The notes under the pieces: model-generated
Told to the model about the DNA's origin: nothing
What the model saw: the letters and a program-made list of their open reading frames with translations, nothing else
The model's database searches: none
Program-made: the position numbers and the translations under genes
Source of the DNA: Nitrospira sp.
GTDB taxonomy: Bacteria > Nitrospirota > Nitrospiria > Nitrospirales > Nitrospiraceae
Direction of reading: 5' to 3'
Length of the DNA: 64,000 nucleotides
Assembly (NCBI GenBank): GCA_047150005.1
Contig: AP038806.1
Span: 1,472,001 to 1,536,000, forward strand
Shown: positions 18,140 to 32,346 of the stretch, piece by piece
Layout: every line of letters starts with the position of its first letter
Numbering within the stretch: position 1 is the stretch's first letter

Positions 18140-19396
18140 ATGATCAAGGGAATTAAAGGCGTCAAGGACATTTTACCCGAGGAAACTCCGCGGTGGCGCT
18201 TCATCGAAGAGGCCGCACGCCGGTGGGCGGAACGGTGCGGATTTCAGGAAATCCGTCTGCCCATTTTCGAGGTGACGGCACTGTTCGCCCGCAGCATCGG
18301 AGCCACCACGGACATCGTGGAGAAGGAGATGTACACCTTTCCCGATCGCGACGGCACCCTGCTGACCCTGCGACCTGAGGGCACGGCGGGCACGGTCCGG
18401 TCGTTCGTCGAGCACAATCGAGCAGCCGATCCTCTCCCGCAGAAATACTACTATCTCGGGCCGATGTTCCGTCATGAGCGGCCGCAAGCCGGCCGGCTCC
18501 GGCAGTTTCACCAGTTCGGCGTCGAACATTTCGGCACGCAGGATGCGCGGGCGGACGTGGAAGTCATGTCGCTGCTGTGGCGCTTCCTGTCGGACCTTGG
18601 CCTTCCGGATTTGACGCTGGAAGTCAACAGTCTCGGCACCGTTGCCGACCGGACTGCGTATCTTCCGGTGCTCGTCGCGTTTCTGAAGGGGCGCACGGAC
18701 CGCCTCTGCGCCAACTGTGTTCGACGGCTGGACACCAACCCGTTACGGGTGCTCGACTGCAAAGTCCCCGAATGCCGCGCTGCCACGGAGGAGGCGCCTC
18801 GCCTTATGGATCACTTGTCGGCGGAAGCCAAGGCTCACTTCGAAGAGGTGCTCGCCGGCCTGACCGCGCTCGAGATCCAGTACCACGTGAATGCCCGCTT
18901 GGTCCGCGGCCTCGACTACTATTGCCTGACGGCCTTCGAGGTCACATCGTCTCACTTGGGTGCTCAGAACGCCGTCGGAGCCGGCGGCCGGTACGACGGG
19001 CTGGTTGAGACGCTCGGAGGACCCAAGACTCCCGCGGTCGGGTTTGCGGCCGGCCTCGAGCGGATCTTCCTGATGTTGCCGGAGGCGACGCAGTCTTCTT
19101 CCCTCCCCTCAGTCTATGTGGCCTCGTTCGGAACGGAGGGAGCGCCGGCCGGTGTGCGGGTGCTCGACGCATTGCGGCGGGCCGGGCTGGTTGCTCAGAC
19201 TGACTACCGGTCTACCACGCTCAAGGCACACCTCCGTCAGGCTGATCGGACCAGAAGCCGTTGGGCTGTCTTCCTCGGCGACGACGAAGTCCGCCGTGGG
19301 ACCGTCATCGTCCGAAATATGGACACCAAGGCACAGGAAGAGGTGCCTTTCCCGGAGATCCCGCGTTACGTTCTCGCACAGCTTTCTCGTTCATAA
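18140..19396 (+). CDS. hisS: Histidine--tRNA ligase
   Basis: KEMYTF, LRPEGTA, FRHERPQAGRLRQFHQ, LVRGLDYY, GGRYDGL. Confidence 0.97.
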   Translation: MIKGIKGVKDILPEETPRWRFIEEAARRWAERCGFQEIRLPIFEVTALFARSIGATTDIVEKEMYTFPDRDGTLLTLRPEGTAGTVRSFVEHNRAADPLPQKYYYLGPMFRHERPQAGRLRQFHQFGVEHFGTQDARADVEVMSLLWRFLSDLGLPDLTLEVNSLGTVADRTAYLPVLVAFLKGRTDRLCANCVRRLDTNPLRVLDCKVPECRAATEEAPRLMDHLSAEAKAHFEEVLAGLTALEIQYHVNARLVRGLDYYCLTAFEVTSSHLGAQNAVGAGGRYDGLVETLGGPKTPAVGFAAGLERIFLMLPEATQSSSLPSVYVASFGTEGAPAGVRVLDALRRAGLVAQTDYRSTTLKAHLRQADRTRSRWAVFLGDDEVRRGTVIVRNMDTKAQEEVPFPEIPRYVLAQLSRS

Positions 19397-19510
19397 CGCG
19401 CATATTTTTCGTGTTGACTTCCTTTCGAAAACCCCGTAGGCTCGCCCCATTACACTCGTCTAACAGTTTGAATAATAAGCAAAGTTTCTTTCCTTGTTCT
19501 AGGTCGTCGC

Positions 19511-19831
19511 ATGGCTGCGCAGAAGCTGGGTCTCTTGTTATCCACACCCCCATCGGACCCCAGCGTTGAGACAGTCGCTCATCTCGCCCGAGCCGCTTTG
19601 GGTCGAGGAATCGAAGTTTATCTCTACCTCATCGACGAGGGCGTCAAGAACGTCCGGGACCATCGCTACATCGGCCTCCTCGATCAGGGGGCCAGACTGT
19701 CCATCTGTGCGTATGGCTGCCAGCAACACGGCGTCCCCACAGAACAGGTTGATTCCCGCGCATCTCTTTCTGGCTTGGTCGTGCTCTCCGGAATCATCGA
19801 TGGCTGTGATCGCTTTCTCGCCTTCACATGA
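19511..19831 (+). CDS. DsrE/TusD-like sulfur relay protein
   Basis: YLIDEGV...ICAYGC; DsrE-family size and pattern. Confidence 0.75.
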   Translation: MAAQKLGLLLSTPPSDPSVETVAHLARAALGRGIEVYLYLIDEGVKNVRDHRYIGLLDQGARLSICAYGCQQHGVPTEQVDSRASLSGLVVLSGIIDGCDRFLAFT

Positions 19832-19840
19832 TAGTCCATA

Positions 19841-20185
19841 ATGGCTAAGCGTATTGCCGTGGTGATTACAGAGGACCCTCGCGAGACGCACCGACCAGTC
19901 GAAGCGCTTCGTATCGCCCTCGGCCTGTCCGCCGGCGACCATGAGACGACCGTCGTCCTCCTGGGTCCCGCCACTCGCCTCCTCACCGAGGATACCGACG
20001 ATGTCATCGATGTCGATATCCTTGAGCGATACCGCCCTTCGTTCCAACAACTGGCCGTCCGGTTCGTCGTCGATGACACAAGCGTTCCCACGGCACTTCT
20101 ACCTGGTTATGCGGTGGAACCGCGATCGAGACAGGATATTCAATCCTTGTTACGCGCCGCTGAGCGAACAGTGATTTTCACATGA
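19841..20185 (+). CDS. DsrF/TusC-like protein
   Basis: EALRIALGL motif; follows the DsrE-like gene. Confidence 0.65.
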   Translation: MAKRIAVVITEDPRETHRPVEALRIALGLSAGDHETTVVLLGPATRLLTEDTDDVIDVDILERYRPSFQQLAVRFVVDDTSVPTALLPGYAVEPRSRQDIQSLLRAAERTVIFT

Positions 20186-20421
20186 ACTCGTTTCTCTATC
20201 TTCTTCGACAACCGCCTGATCAGATCCCGGATGCCCTGTTTCGCCCTTCCGATACCCTCGGCGATGTCGTGCTGCTGGAAGCGGCTACGTCATCTGTCAT
20301 GTCCGTGCCACACGGGATTGTGCTCAGGATCGAGCAGGGGCGTGCAAGGGACGAAGGTACGGTGACCTACGACGAATTGGTTGAGAAGATATTCGACAGC
20401 GACCGTGTGATGGTGATCTAG
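20182..20421 (+). CDS. DsrH/TusB-like small protein
   Basis: ATGA overlap; VVLLE...VTYDELVEKIF C-terminal pattern. Confidence 0.55.
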   Translation: MNSFLYLLRQPPDQIPDALFRPSDTLGDVVLLEAATSSVMSVPHGIVLRIEQGRARDEGTVTYDELVEKIFDSDRVMVI

Positions 20422-20730
20422 GAACACTCTGTTACTTCCGGGAGTCTCTCAGAAGAAAGAAATCCGTGGTCGGAGTCGGAGTAGTAATAGGTCCTGTGGA
20501 GAAGGAGGAGAGGACATAAGTGTTGACTGTGAAACAAAAGTTCACCGGAAGATCCTGGTGATGGAGCTGGGGATTGACTCTGGGTTGATGGTGAGTGCAC
20601 AGTCAGCAACCTCTGAATCACGTGTCGGGGTGGTGATCGGTCATCCGGGGACCGGGGACTCGGTGTGTGCGGCGTAACCGAAAGAGGCAGTAGGATATAC
20701 AGTTATCCACAGGTGTGAATAAACCTGTGT
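20422..20730. other. oriC: Chromosomal replication origin oriC
   Basis: Intergenic region before dnaA with TTATCCACA (20703-20711), TGTGAATAA (20714-20722), TGTGGAGAA (20495-20503) and adjacent DnaA-trio-like repeats (20473-20490). Confidence 0.8.
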
Positions 20731-22095
20731 ATGGGTGATATTTCAGGGATTATGACTATCGCATCGGTCTGGCAAGAGGCCTTGGCTTATATCCAGGGAA
20801 AAGTCCCAAAACAGGTGTACGATACGTGGTTTACACCGGTGCACCTGGAACGGATTGAAGACAGTACGGCTCAGATTGCGGTGCCGAACAAGTTCTTCGG
20901 TGACTGGCTGAGCCAGCACTACGGACCGCTCTTGGAAGAGGCGGTCTCGACGGCCCGCGGCGGAGGGGAAACGGCCGTATCGTTCGTCGTCTTCAACCGT
21001 CTGTCGACCAAGCACATAGACCCCACCGTCGTTGATCAGGCAGCCAGAGCTGTCGCGGGAGCCAAGGCGAAGCGCGGCATCCAACTCAATCCGAAGTATA
21101 CATTCAAGAACTTCGTAGTCGGTGCCGGGAATCAGTTCGCCCATGCCGCCTGCATGGCGGTCGCCGAGCAGCCGGCCAAGGCCTACAATCCATTGTTCAT
21201 CTACGGAGGGGTCGGCCTCGGCAAGACGCATCTGCTCAACGCCATTGCGAATCATGTCGCGGAACGCACGGATTTGCGGATTGCCTACTTGACGACCGAG
21301 CAGTTTACGAACGAGGTCATCAACTCCATTCGCTACGACAAAATGACGGATTTGCGGAAGCGCTACCGGCACATCGATATGTTGATGATCGACGACATCC
21401 AGTTTCTGGTTGGAAAGGAACGGACGCAGGAAGAATTCTTCCACACCTTCAACGCCCTCTACGAGGCGCATAAGCAGATCGTGCTCTCCAGCGATCGTTT
21501 CCCGAAAGACATGCCCGATATCGAGGAGCGGTTGCGGTCGCGCTTCGAGTGGGGACTGATCGCCGATCTCCAACCACCGGACGTGGAAACGCGGATCGCC
21601 ATTTTACGCAAGAAATCCGAAGATGAAGGCGTCACCCTGCCGGAGGATGTGATCCAGTTCCTCTCGACCACGATGAAAAGCAACATCCGGGAATTGGAAG
21701 GCTCTCTGGTCCGCCTGGGCGCCTACGCGTCGCTGACCGGACAAGTCATTACGTTGGACATGGCGAGAAACGTCTTGAGAGACCTCATCGGCGACAAGAA
21801 AAAGATCGTGGCCCTGGAGGATATCCAGGAGGTCGTGAGCACATGGTTCCATGTCAGAATCGCGGATCTGAAGTCGCGACGCCGGAGCAAAACCCTGGTC
21901 CATCCGAGACAGATCGCCATGTACCTGTGCCGGGAGCTGACCGACGCGTCATATCCGGAGATCGGGCGGCATTTCGGAGGCAAGGACCACACGACGATCA
22001 TTCACGCCTGCCGACAGATTGGCAAGGCGCGGGAAAGCGACAGCGCGCTGCAGGCGACGCTGGATGGACTCAAGGACAAGATCCTGCGCGGCTGA
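20731..22095 (+). CDS. dnaA: Chromosomal replication initiator DnaA (alternative start 20752)
   Basis: YNPLFIYGGVGLGKTHL, IDDIQF, RLRSRFEWGL, GGKDHTT. Confidence 0.98.
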   Translation: MGDISGIMTIASVWQEALAYIQGKVPKQVYDTWFTPVHLERIEDSTAQIAVPNKFFGDWLSQHYGPLLEEAVSTARGGGETAVSFVVFNRLSTKHIDPTVVDQAARAVAGAKAKRGIQLNPKYTFKNFVVGAGNQFAHAACMAVAEQPAKAYNPLFIYGGVGLGKTHLLNAIANHVAERTDLRIAYLTTEQFTNEVINSIRYDKMTDLRKRYRHIDMLMIDDIQFLVGKERTQEEFFHTFNALYEAHKQIVLSSDRFPKDMPDIEERLRSRFEWGLIADLQPPDVETRIAILRKKSEDEGVTLPEDVIQFLSTTMKSNIRELEGSLVRLGAYASLTGQVITLDMARNVLRDLIGDKKKIVALEDIQEVVSTWFHVRIADLKSRRRSKTLVHPRQIAMYLCRELTDASYPEIGRHFGGKDHTTIIHACRQIGKARESDSALQATLDGLKDKILRG

Positions 22096-22119
22096 CGGTC
22101 GCTCGGGGAGAAGGGGATC

Positions 22120-25791
<3,672 letters not shown>

Positions 25792-25792
<1 letters not shown>

Positions 25793-25942
25793 CGGGCGGC
25801 GGGTCCTGTCGGCGGACAGCCCCGGCATGCTCGCTCCACCCATCCCCCAGTGGGTCCCTTCCGCTGCGCGTGCTCGGTGAAAGCCGCGTCTCGGCGCGGC
25901 GGGGTGGGAGGGTGAGAAGATCGCCCGTCCGCCGCCACCCGC
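25792..25942. repeat. GC-rich nested inverted-repeat element between gyrB and gyrA
   Basis: Outer GCGGGCGGCGG / CCGCCGCCACCCGC and inner CTCGCTCCACCCATCCCC / GGGGTGGGAGGGTGAG imperfect arms. Confidence 0.45.
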
Positions 25943-25979
25943 GTATCATTTTTTCGAAGAAAGAGGAGTAGAAGGCAAC

Positions 25980-28460
25980 ATGCCGCCGGATGAACGACTA
26001 GGTCAGATCGCGATCGAAGACGAGATGCGGTCGTCCTATCTGGATTACGCCATGAGCGTGATCGTGGGACGCGCCCTCCCTGACGTCCGTGACGGCTTGA
26101 AGCCCGTGCATCGCCGCATCCTCTTCGGCATGAACGAGATGGGCTTGGTCCACAATCGGGCGTACCGCAAGTCCGCCAAGATCGTCGGCGAGATCATGGG
26201 TAACTATCATCCGCACGGCGATTCCGCCATCTATGACACCCTCGTGCGCATGGCGCAGGATTTCAACATGCGCTATCCCCTGGTCGACGGCCAGGGCAAC
26301 TACGGGTCGATGGACGGTGATTCTCCCGCCGCCATGCGGTACACCGAGGCCCGGATGACGAGGTTGGCCGAAGAACTCCTGGCCGACATCGACAAGGAAA
26401 CGGTGGATTTCGGTCCGAACTACGATGAGTCCCGCGTGGAGCCCTTCGTCCTCCCCACGAAAGTCCCCAATCTCCTCATCAACGGAGCGGGTGGGATCGC
26501 CGTCGGTTATGCGACGAACATCCCGACGCACAATCTGGGCGAGGTGGTGGAAGGGCTGTTGTTGCTGCTGGAGAATCCCGACGTGACCGTGGCGCAGTTG
26601 ATGAAGAAGATCCCGGGACCGGATTTTCCCACCGCCGGATTCATTTACGGCATGAGCGGCATCAAGGACGCCTACGAAACCGGGCGCGGCCTTCTGAAGC
26701 TGAGGGCGAAGGTTGTCGTGGAATCGGAGCAGCGCACGGACCGCGAACGGCTCATCGTCACGGAGATTCCGTTCCAAGTGAACAAGGCGAAACTGATCGA
26801 GAAGATTGCGGAGCTGATCCAAGAGGACCGAATCAAGGGCATTTCCGACTTGCGCGACGAATCCTCGGCGCGGGAGGGCGTCCGCATCGTCATCGAACTC
26901 AAGCGCGGGGAAATCCCGTTGGTCGTGTTGAACAATCTCTACAAGCACACGCAGCTGGAAACGACGTTCGGCGTGATCATGCTGGCGCTGGTGAACAACC
27001 GCCCGGAGGTGCTGAACCTCAAACAGATCCTGCACCACTTCATCGAGCATCGCCGCGAAGTGGTGGTGCGGCGGACGGCCTTCGAGCTGCGGAAGGCCGA
27101 GGAGCGGGCGCATATTCTCGAAGGCCTGAAAATCGCCCTCGACAACCTCGATGCCGTGATCACCTTGATCCGGCGCTCCCAATCGCCGGACGAGGCCAGG
27201 GTCGGCCTGGTGCGACAGTTCGCCCTGAGCGAGATTCAGGCGAACGCCATCTTGGACATGCGGCTGCAGCGTCTGACGCAGCTGGAGCGTACCAAGCTGA
27301 TCGAGGAATACGCGGAGGTGTTGAAGCAGATCGAGTATCTCAAATCGGTCCTGGGCAGCGAGGCCTTGGTGCGCAAGATCATCAAGGACGAGCTGACCCA
27401 GATCTACGAAACCTATCGCGATGAGCGGAAGACGCAGATCGTCAAAGAAGAAGCGGAGATTAGCATTGAGGATCTGATCGCGGAAGAGGAGGTCGTCGTC
27501 ACGATTTCCCACGCCGGCTACATCAAGCGCAACGCCGCGTCGCTCTATCGGGCCCAGCGCCGCGGGGGAAAGGGCAAGATCGGGATGGGCATCAAGGACG
27601 AGGATTTCGTCGAGACGCTCTTTACGGCTTCGACGCACGACGCGTTGCTGTTTTTCACGGACGCGGGAAAAGTCTACTGGCTGAAGGTGCACGAGATCCC
27701 CGAGGCGAGCCGCGCGGCCAAGGGTAAGGCGCTGGTCAATTTGCTGGCCCTCTCGGGAAGCGAAAAAGTCACGGCCACGCTTCCCGTCAAGGAATACCGC
27801 GACGACCGGTTCGTGATCATGGCCACGAAGCGGGGGATCATCAAGAAGACTGAGCTGTCCGCCTATGGCAATCCACGTCAGGGCGGCATTATCGCGCTGA
27901 GACTGGAAGAGGGCGACAAGCTCATCGCCGTCCACATCACGGACGGTCAACGGGAGATTCTGCTCGGCACGAAACAGGGCATCACCATCCGCTTCAAAGA
28001 GGACGAGGTCCGGCCGATGGGGCGGACCGCCTACGGGGTGAAGGGCATCACGCTCGAGGAAGGCAACGAGGTGATCGGGATGGAGACGATCACCCCGGAC
28101 TCGACGACCGCCATCCTGACGGTGACGGAGGGAGGCTACGGCAAGCGGACGCCGGTCACGGAATACCGCGTACAGGGTCGCGGCGGCAAAGGAATCATCA
28201 GCGTGAAGACGACCGAACGGAACGGATTGGCTGTCGGATTCCTTCAAGTACGCGACGGCGATGAGATCATGCTGATGGCCGCACAAGGCAAGGTGCTTCG
28301 GTGCAAGGTGGATGACATTCGCGAGATCGGCCGCAACACGCAAGGCGTCCGAATCCTCGACCTCGAGGGTGAGGAGGACCGTGTCGTGGCGGTGGCCCGG
28401 CTCGCTGAAAGCGGTGAGCGGGAAGAGCAAGGTCCCGACGAACACGCTACCGGTCAATAA
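25980..28460 (+). CDS. gyrA: DNA gyrase subunit A
   Basis: [14 protein letters not shown], GyrA-box QRRGGKG, C-terminal pinwheel repeats. Confidence 0.98.
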   Translation: MPPDERLGQIAIEDEMRSSYLDYAMSVIVGRALPDVRDGLKPVHRRILFGMNEMGLVHNRAYRKSAKIVGEIMGNYHPHGDSAIYDTLVRMAQDFNMRYPLVDGQGNYGSMDGDSPAAMRYTEARMTRLAEELLADIDKETVDFGPNYDESRVEPFVLPTKVPNLLINGAGGIAVGYATNIPTHNLGEVVEGLLLLLENPDVTVAQLMKKIPGPDFPTAGFIYGMSGIKDAYETGRGLLKLRAKVVVESEQRTDRERLIVTEIPFQVNKAKLIEKIAELIQEDRIKGISDLRDESSAREGVRIVIELKRGEIPLVVLNNLYKHTQLETTFGVIMLALVNNRPEVLNLKQILHHFIEHRREVVVRRTAFELRKAEERAHILEGLKIALDNLDAVITLIRRSQSPDEARVGLVRQFALSEIQANAILDMRLQRLTQLERTKLIEEYAEVLKQIEYLKSVLGSEALVRKIIKDELTQIYETYRDERKTQIVKEEAEISIEDLIAEEEVVVTISHAGYIKRNAASLYRAQRRGGKGKIGMGIKDEDFVETLFTASTHDALLFFTDAGKVYWLKVHEIPEASRAAKGKALVNLLALSGSEKVTATLPVKEYRDDRFVIMATKRGIIKKTELSAYGNPRQGGIIALRLEEGDKLIAVHITDGQREILLGTKQGITIRFKEDEVRPMGRTAYGVKGITLEEGNEVIGMETITPDSTTAILTVTEGGYGKRTPVTEYRVQGRGGKGIISVKTTERNGLAVGFLQVRDGDEIMLMAAQGKVLRCKVDDIREIGRNTQGVRILDLEGEEDRVVAVARLAESGEREEQGPDEHATGQ

Positions 28461-28498
28461 CGCCCGCCTCGCCCTCCCCGTGGCCGCTCGCCCCGCTC

Positions 28499-29071
28499 AT
28501 GAACAACACGACGATCCAAGCCCAGCCCCCTTCCCCCCAGAAGAAACCGCTCGATACCGTTGTCAAGCTGGCCCTCGCGGTGTTCTTCGGATCGTTCGCC
28601 CTGATCTGGGGCGGCATGTATCTCAGCCGGCCGGACCGATCGATTCCACCCTACAGCATCGGATCGCAGGAGGGAACCGCAGTGTCGGTGCACGTGCCGG
28701 CTTGGACGAGCGACACCGAAATCGAAACGCTCATCGAGCGGTTTCGGAAGATGGGCCGCCAGACCAGAAACTTCGGTCCCATGAAGATCAGGCCCACCAC
28801 GCCGGACGATCCGAACGGGCGATACCGACGCATTACCATTTACATTTTTACTCATGACGCCTGGGCGGAAGCGCCGATTCTGCACAAGTACCTGAGCGGG
28901 GAAGATCGAGAGGTTCGCGAAGGATTCCGGAAAGCGATGCGCGGTTTCTATCAATTGACGGAATCGGAAGAGGAGGGACGGATCGGTCCGCTGGTGGATG
29001 GACCGGACTCGGCTGCGACCGCCGCGTACTCTCGTCGGCTCTTCAAGGAAGCGCTCCAGCCCGGATCCTAA
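28499..29071 (+). CDS. Conserved hypothetical membrane-anchored protein
   Basis: Single N-terminal TM helix; host-like codon usage. Confidence 0.75.
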   Translation: MNNTTIQAQPPSPQKKPLDTVVKLALAVFFGSFALIWGGMYLSRPDRSIPPYSIGSQEGTAVSVHVPAWTSDTEIETLIERFRKMGRQTRNFGPMKIRPTTPDDPNGRYRRITIYIFTHDAWAEAPILHKYLSGEDREVREGFRKAMRGFYQLTESEEEGRIGPLVDGPDSAATAAYSRRLFKEALQPGS

Positions 29072-29111
29072 CAGGCTGCTGAAAAGCTGGAGGACGTTTC
29101 AACTCCTGCTA
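29069..29111. repeat. Short inverted repeat between convergent genes (collapsed MITE-like remnant / bidirectional hairpin)
   Basis: TAACAGGCTGCTGAAA ... TTTCAACTCCTGCTA; both flanking stop codons lie in its ends. Confidence 0.5.
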
Positions 29112-29579
29112 GCGGGGGCCGGCGCGCGACAGGGCTTCGGCCATCACCTGCGTGAGGCGGCGCCGAAGTTCTTCATCCTGGATCGCCGCCGCGTGAGCCG
29201 AAGCCTCGACCAGTGCGGCCTCGGTTGTCGGAACCCGGTTGGCCGGCAGAGCGGGGACCGGGCCGCTGCGGCTTGCAGGAATTTCGCCCACGCGCAACGC
29301 GAGATCCGTGATGAGTGTCCCGTTCGCTTCGTGCAGTTTGGCCAGCAGCGCCGGTTTCAAGAACGTCAGTTGCTGCATCCAGACGGAGTTGCGGACGATG
29401 AGGTAGAGTTTCTTGAAGCGAATCTGATCCGGCCAGGTATGGGACGCGATCGGTTCCCCGACGATCCGGACCCAATCACGCTGAAGGCGCAATTCCAGCA
29501 GGCGTGACTCCAGGCCGAGTCGTTTGGCCAGGCCGGACAGGACGGTTCCGAAGGCATCAACGGGTCCAGGGCCGCGCAT
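29109..29579 (-). CDS. dciA: DciA (DUF721) replicative helicase loader family protein
   Basis: W.RIVGEPIASHT.P...L...NSVWMQQL pattern; near the origin cluster. Confidence 0.8.
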   Translation of the reverse strand: MRGPGPVDAFGTVLSGLAKRLGLESRLLELRLQRDWVRIVGEPIASHTWPDQIRFKKLYLIVRNSVWMQQLTFLKPALLAKLHEANGTLITDLALRVGEIPASRSGPVPALPANRVPTTEAALVEASAHAAAIQDEELRRRLTQVMAEALSRAGPR

Positions 29580-29634
29580 TGTCGGATCTTAGGGCGTGGT
29601 GCCGGCGGGGTCAAGGCGGGAAGCGGAGCGACGG

Positions 29635-30117
29635 ATGGGACAACGAGAGACAGAACGGGCCGTGGCGACCAACCGGAAAGCCTTCCATGACTATTTCATC
29701 GAAGAGCGGTTCGAGGCCGGCATCCAGCTGCAGGGCACGGAGGTCAAGTCGCTGCGGGAAGGCAAGGTCAATCTCCAAGACAGTTACGCGGGCGTGAAAG
29801 ACGGGGAACTCTTCCTTCACCACTGTCACATCAGTCCCTACAGCCACGGCAATATCATGAATCACGACCCGATCAGGGTCCGCAAGCTCCTCCTGCACCG
29901 CAAGGAAATCAACAAGCTCATGGGGAAGACGCAGCAGAAGGGTCTCACCCTCATCCCCCTCCGGATCTATTTCACCAAGCGCGGCTTCGCCAAAGTGGAA
30001 CTGGGACTGGCAAAAGGCAAGAAACTGCATGACCGCCGCGACTCCATCAAAGCCCGTGAGGCCGGCCGCGAAATTGAACGGGCCATCAAGGGTGGGCGGT
30101 CCAGAAATCCAGAGTGA
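29635..30117 (+). CDS. smpB: SsrA-binding protein SmpB
   Basis: [42 protein letters not shown]. Confidence 0.97.
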   Translation: MGQRETERAVATNRKAFHDYFIEERFEAGIQLQGTEVKSLREGKVNLQDSYAGVKDGELFLHHCHISPYSHGNIMNHDPIRVRKLLLHRKEINKLMGKTQQKGLTLIPLRIYFTKRGFAKVELGLAKGKKLHDRRDSIKAREAGREIERAIKGGRSRNPE

Positions 30118-30122
30118 GTCGG

Positions 30123-31025
30123 TCACGAAGGGAACGAGCGAGGGAACCGCTTCCCGGCGAGGACGGGGCAGGATGCGAGACGCAAGACGGTTTCCGCAAC
30201 GCTGCCTCGGAGCAGGCGTGAAATCCCGCGCCGGCCATGCGTCCCCATGACAATGAGATCGCAAGCCGACGCTCGAACAAAGTCGAGAATCGAATCGGCC
30301 GGCATCCCGCCGCGAATCACCCGTTGGGCCACGACGCCGGCCGACTCGCTCCTGCTCACATAGCTTCCGAGTCGGGCGTCGATCCGCTCGTCGACACCTC
30401 CCTCCTCCATCGCCTGACGTAGCGTCAAATCGTCGCCGTAGGACAGGGGCTCCAGGACATGGAGGAGGGTCACGGACGCCTCGAAGGTCTTCGCCACATG
30501 AATGCCGAACTCGAAGGCATTCACCGAGCATTCGGAAAAGTCGATCGGAATGGCGATATGCTCGAAGCTGATCGGAACCTGAGCAGGCTTCCCTGCGGCG
30601 CGTGTCACCTCTCTGACGGTCAGCACGGGACAGGGAGCGGTGATGAGGACTCGTTCGGCGGTGCTGCCCAAGAGAATGTGCTCGAGCCCGGTCCTTCCAT
30701 GGGTGCCCATGACGATAACATCCGCCCGCCAGTCCGCTGCTGCCGCGCATATCTGGACACTGGGAATTCCGGTCGACTGATGACCGGTCACTGGAAGCAT
30801 CGATCGCTGAAGGCACTGGACCGTATCGGCCAGCATTCCGTCCGTTTCCCGATAATCTTGCACTCCGGCGTAGACCCCGGGATACAATTCCGACACATGG
30901 ATGACATCGACCGAGGCCCCGTAGGCCGAGCCTAGCAGTGCCGCATACTCCGCGGCGTGACGGGCACAGGTAGAAAAGTCGGTTGCGAACAGCAACCGTT
31001 TGATGCCGCCGTGCTTCGTCGCCAC
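30123..31025 (-). CDS. Tandem-domain universal stress protein
   Basis: Two Usp domains (ATDFS...MGTHGRTG...GSTAERV; PIDFS...MGTHGRRG...GSVAETV). Confidence 0.92.
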   Translation of the reverse strand: MATKHGGIKRLLFATDFSTCARHAAEYAALLGSAYGASVDVIHVSELYPGVYAGVQDYRETDGMLADTVQCLQRSMLPVTGHQSTGIPSVQICAAAADWRADVIVMGTHGRTGLEHILLGSTAERVLITAPCPVLTVREVTRAAGKPAQVPISFEHIAIPIDFSECSVNAFEFGIHVAKTFEASVTLLHVLEPLSYGDDLTLRQAMEEGGVDERIDARLGSYVSRSESAGVVAQRVIRGGMPADSILDFVRASACDLIVMGTHGRRGISRLLRGSVAETVLRLASCPVLAGKRFPRSFPS

Positions 31026-31059
31026 GTCACCTACTTCTCATGCCGCGATGCCTCGCTTA

Positions 31060-31491
31060 CTAGCCCACATTATTATTCATGAGCGGTTCGTGACGAAACC
31101 GCCAAGACGCCAGGCGAGACGGGCACTTTGAGCCCCTACGATTCAATTGTTCCAAGATCTCCTTCAGGACCAGCGCCTGGTTATGCTCCTCATCGGCTGC
31201 GCCATACACCAACGTGATCGTCCTTTTGTGTGAGAGGAGCGCAAGCTCCTTCAGCCCATCCTTCATTCCCGACCGAATCAACTCCCTTCGGTATCGTCTG
31301 CGAAATTCGATCCATCTGCCGGGTTCATGCCCGAACCATTTGCGGAGCGACGTGGTCGGTGCCAAGTCTTTTCGCCATTGAACGATGCGCGCTCGTTCTT
31401 TACTGATCCCTCGTGGCCACACTCGATCCACGAGGATCCTCACTCCGTCACTCGGTCGAGGCGTCTCGTATATCCGTTTGATGCGTATCAC
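31060..31491 (-). CDS. DUF488 (YeaO) family protein
   Basis: IKRIY, RILVDRVWPRG, APTTSLRKWFGH, ITLVYGA.DEEHNQA; GTG 31491 with GAGGAG. Confidence 0.88.
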   Translation of the reverse strand: MIRIKRIYETPRPSDGVRILVDRVWPRGISKERARIVQWRKDLAPTTSLRKWFGHEPGRWIEFRRRYRRELIRSGMKDGLKELALLSHKRTITLVYGAADEEHNQALVLKEILEQLNRRGSKCPSRLASWRFRHEPLMNNNVG

Positions 31492-31511
31492 GGGCAACTC
31501 CTCTGCAATCG

Positions 31512-32309
31512 CTAGTCGCTGCGGCGTGAACCGGGCGGCACCGCGACGTCGATGACCTGGTTTTCGTCGTCAACAAGGAGGACCACCGCATCGCCTTTGG
31601 AGAGCTTCGCCAGCCTCGGCTGAGCGAGCGGACGTACCTCGTAGGCCAGGTCTGTGCCATCCTCGGTTCTGATGGCAACTCCGTTGTTCTCCAGCGGGGC
31701 CAGGATCACGCCGGTAATTCTGGCGAAGTTTCCCTTCAAGGGAGTTTTCTGTCGCCAGAGTTCCGCTGCGCGATGCACCGCTTCCATGGTGCCGAAGGTC
31801 ACGTCCACAATCCTGTCCGATTCATCGATGAGAAACACGGCGGCGACGCCGACAGGAACCGACGCCATCTTGCTTCTTGCCACCGGTCTGATGAAGTGAG
31901 ACTCCTCTAGCCCGGAAGTCGAGCGAAGAACCGCCCGATCATGCCCCGTCACCAGGGGTTGAATGAGTTGGCCTTCAACGACGCGATGATAGCTCGCCTC
32001 GCCGATCAGATGGACATCGACCAGGAGATTTTGATCATTGACGATGATTTCGACGCGATCCCCTCTCTTCAGATCCGGCAGTCCTTTGGCCTCTCGCACT
32101 CCCATGGGTACAAATCGCGGTTGTCCCTCACCCGTGTCGATCCTCGCCTGAGCGCCCCTGACTTCCTGTACGGTGCCAAGAAGCACCCGATCTCCGAGGA
32201 GAAGCTGGGGGTGGGCTTGCTCGGGACCGGAACCGGCCTCGGCGACGGCTGCAGCCGAGATCCAGCAGACTATGAGCACGGCCTGTCGCCATAAATTCTT
32301 TCGAGACAT
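31512..32309 (-). CDS. Exported protein with three beta-rich (OB-fold-like) repeats
   Basis: Signal peptide; repeats ending VNDQNLLVDV / IDESDRIVDV / VDDENQVIDV. Confidence 0.75.
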   Translation of the reverse strand: MSRKNLWRQAVLIVCWISAAAVAEAGSGPEQAHPQLLLGDRVLLGTVQEVRGAQARIDTGEGQPRFVPMGVREAKGLPDLKRGDRVEIIVNDQNLLVDVHLIGEASYHRVVEGQLIQPLVTGHDRAVLRSTSGLEESHFIRPVARSKMASVPVGVAAVFLIDESDRIVDVTFGTMEAVHRAAELWRQKTPLKGNFARITGVILAPLENNGVAIRTEDGTDLAYEVRPLAQPRLAKLSKGDAVVLLVDDENQVIDVAVPPGSRRSD

Positions 32310-32346
32310 CGTGTTCTCCTTTCGAGTCGTGGATGCCGGTTGTCCA

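Noticed and set aside
30118..30300. tmRNA (ssrA) next to smpB
   Set aside because: A USP gene follows within 5 bp; no tRNA-like ends seen.
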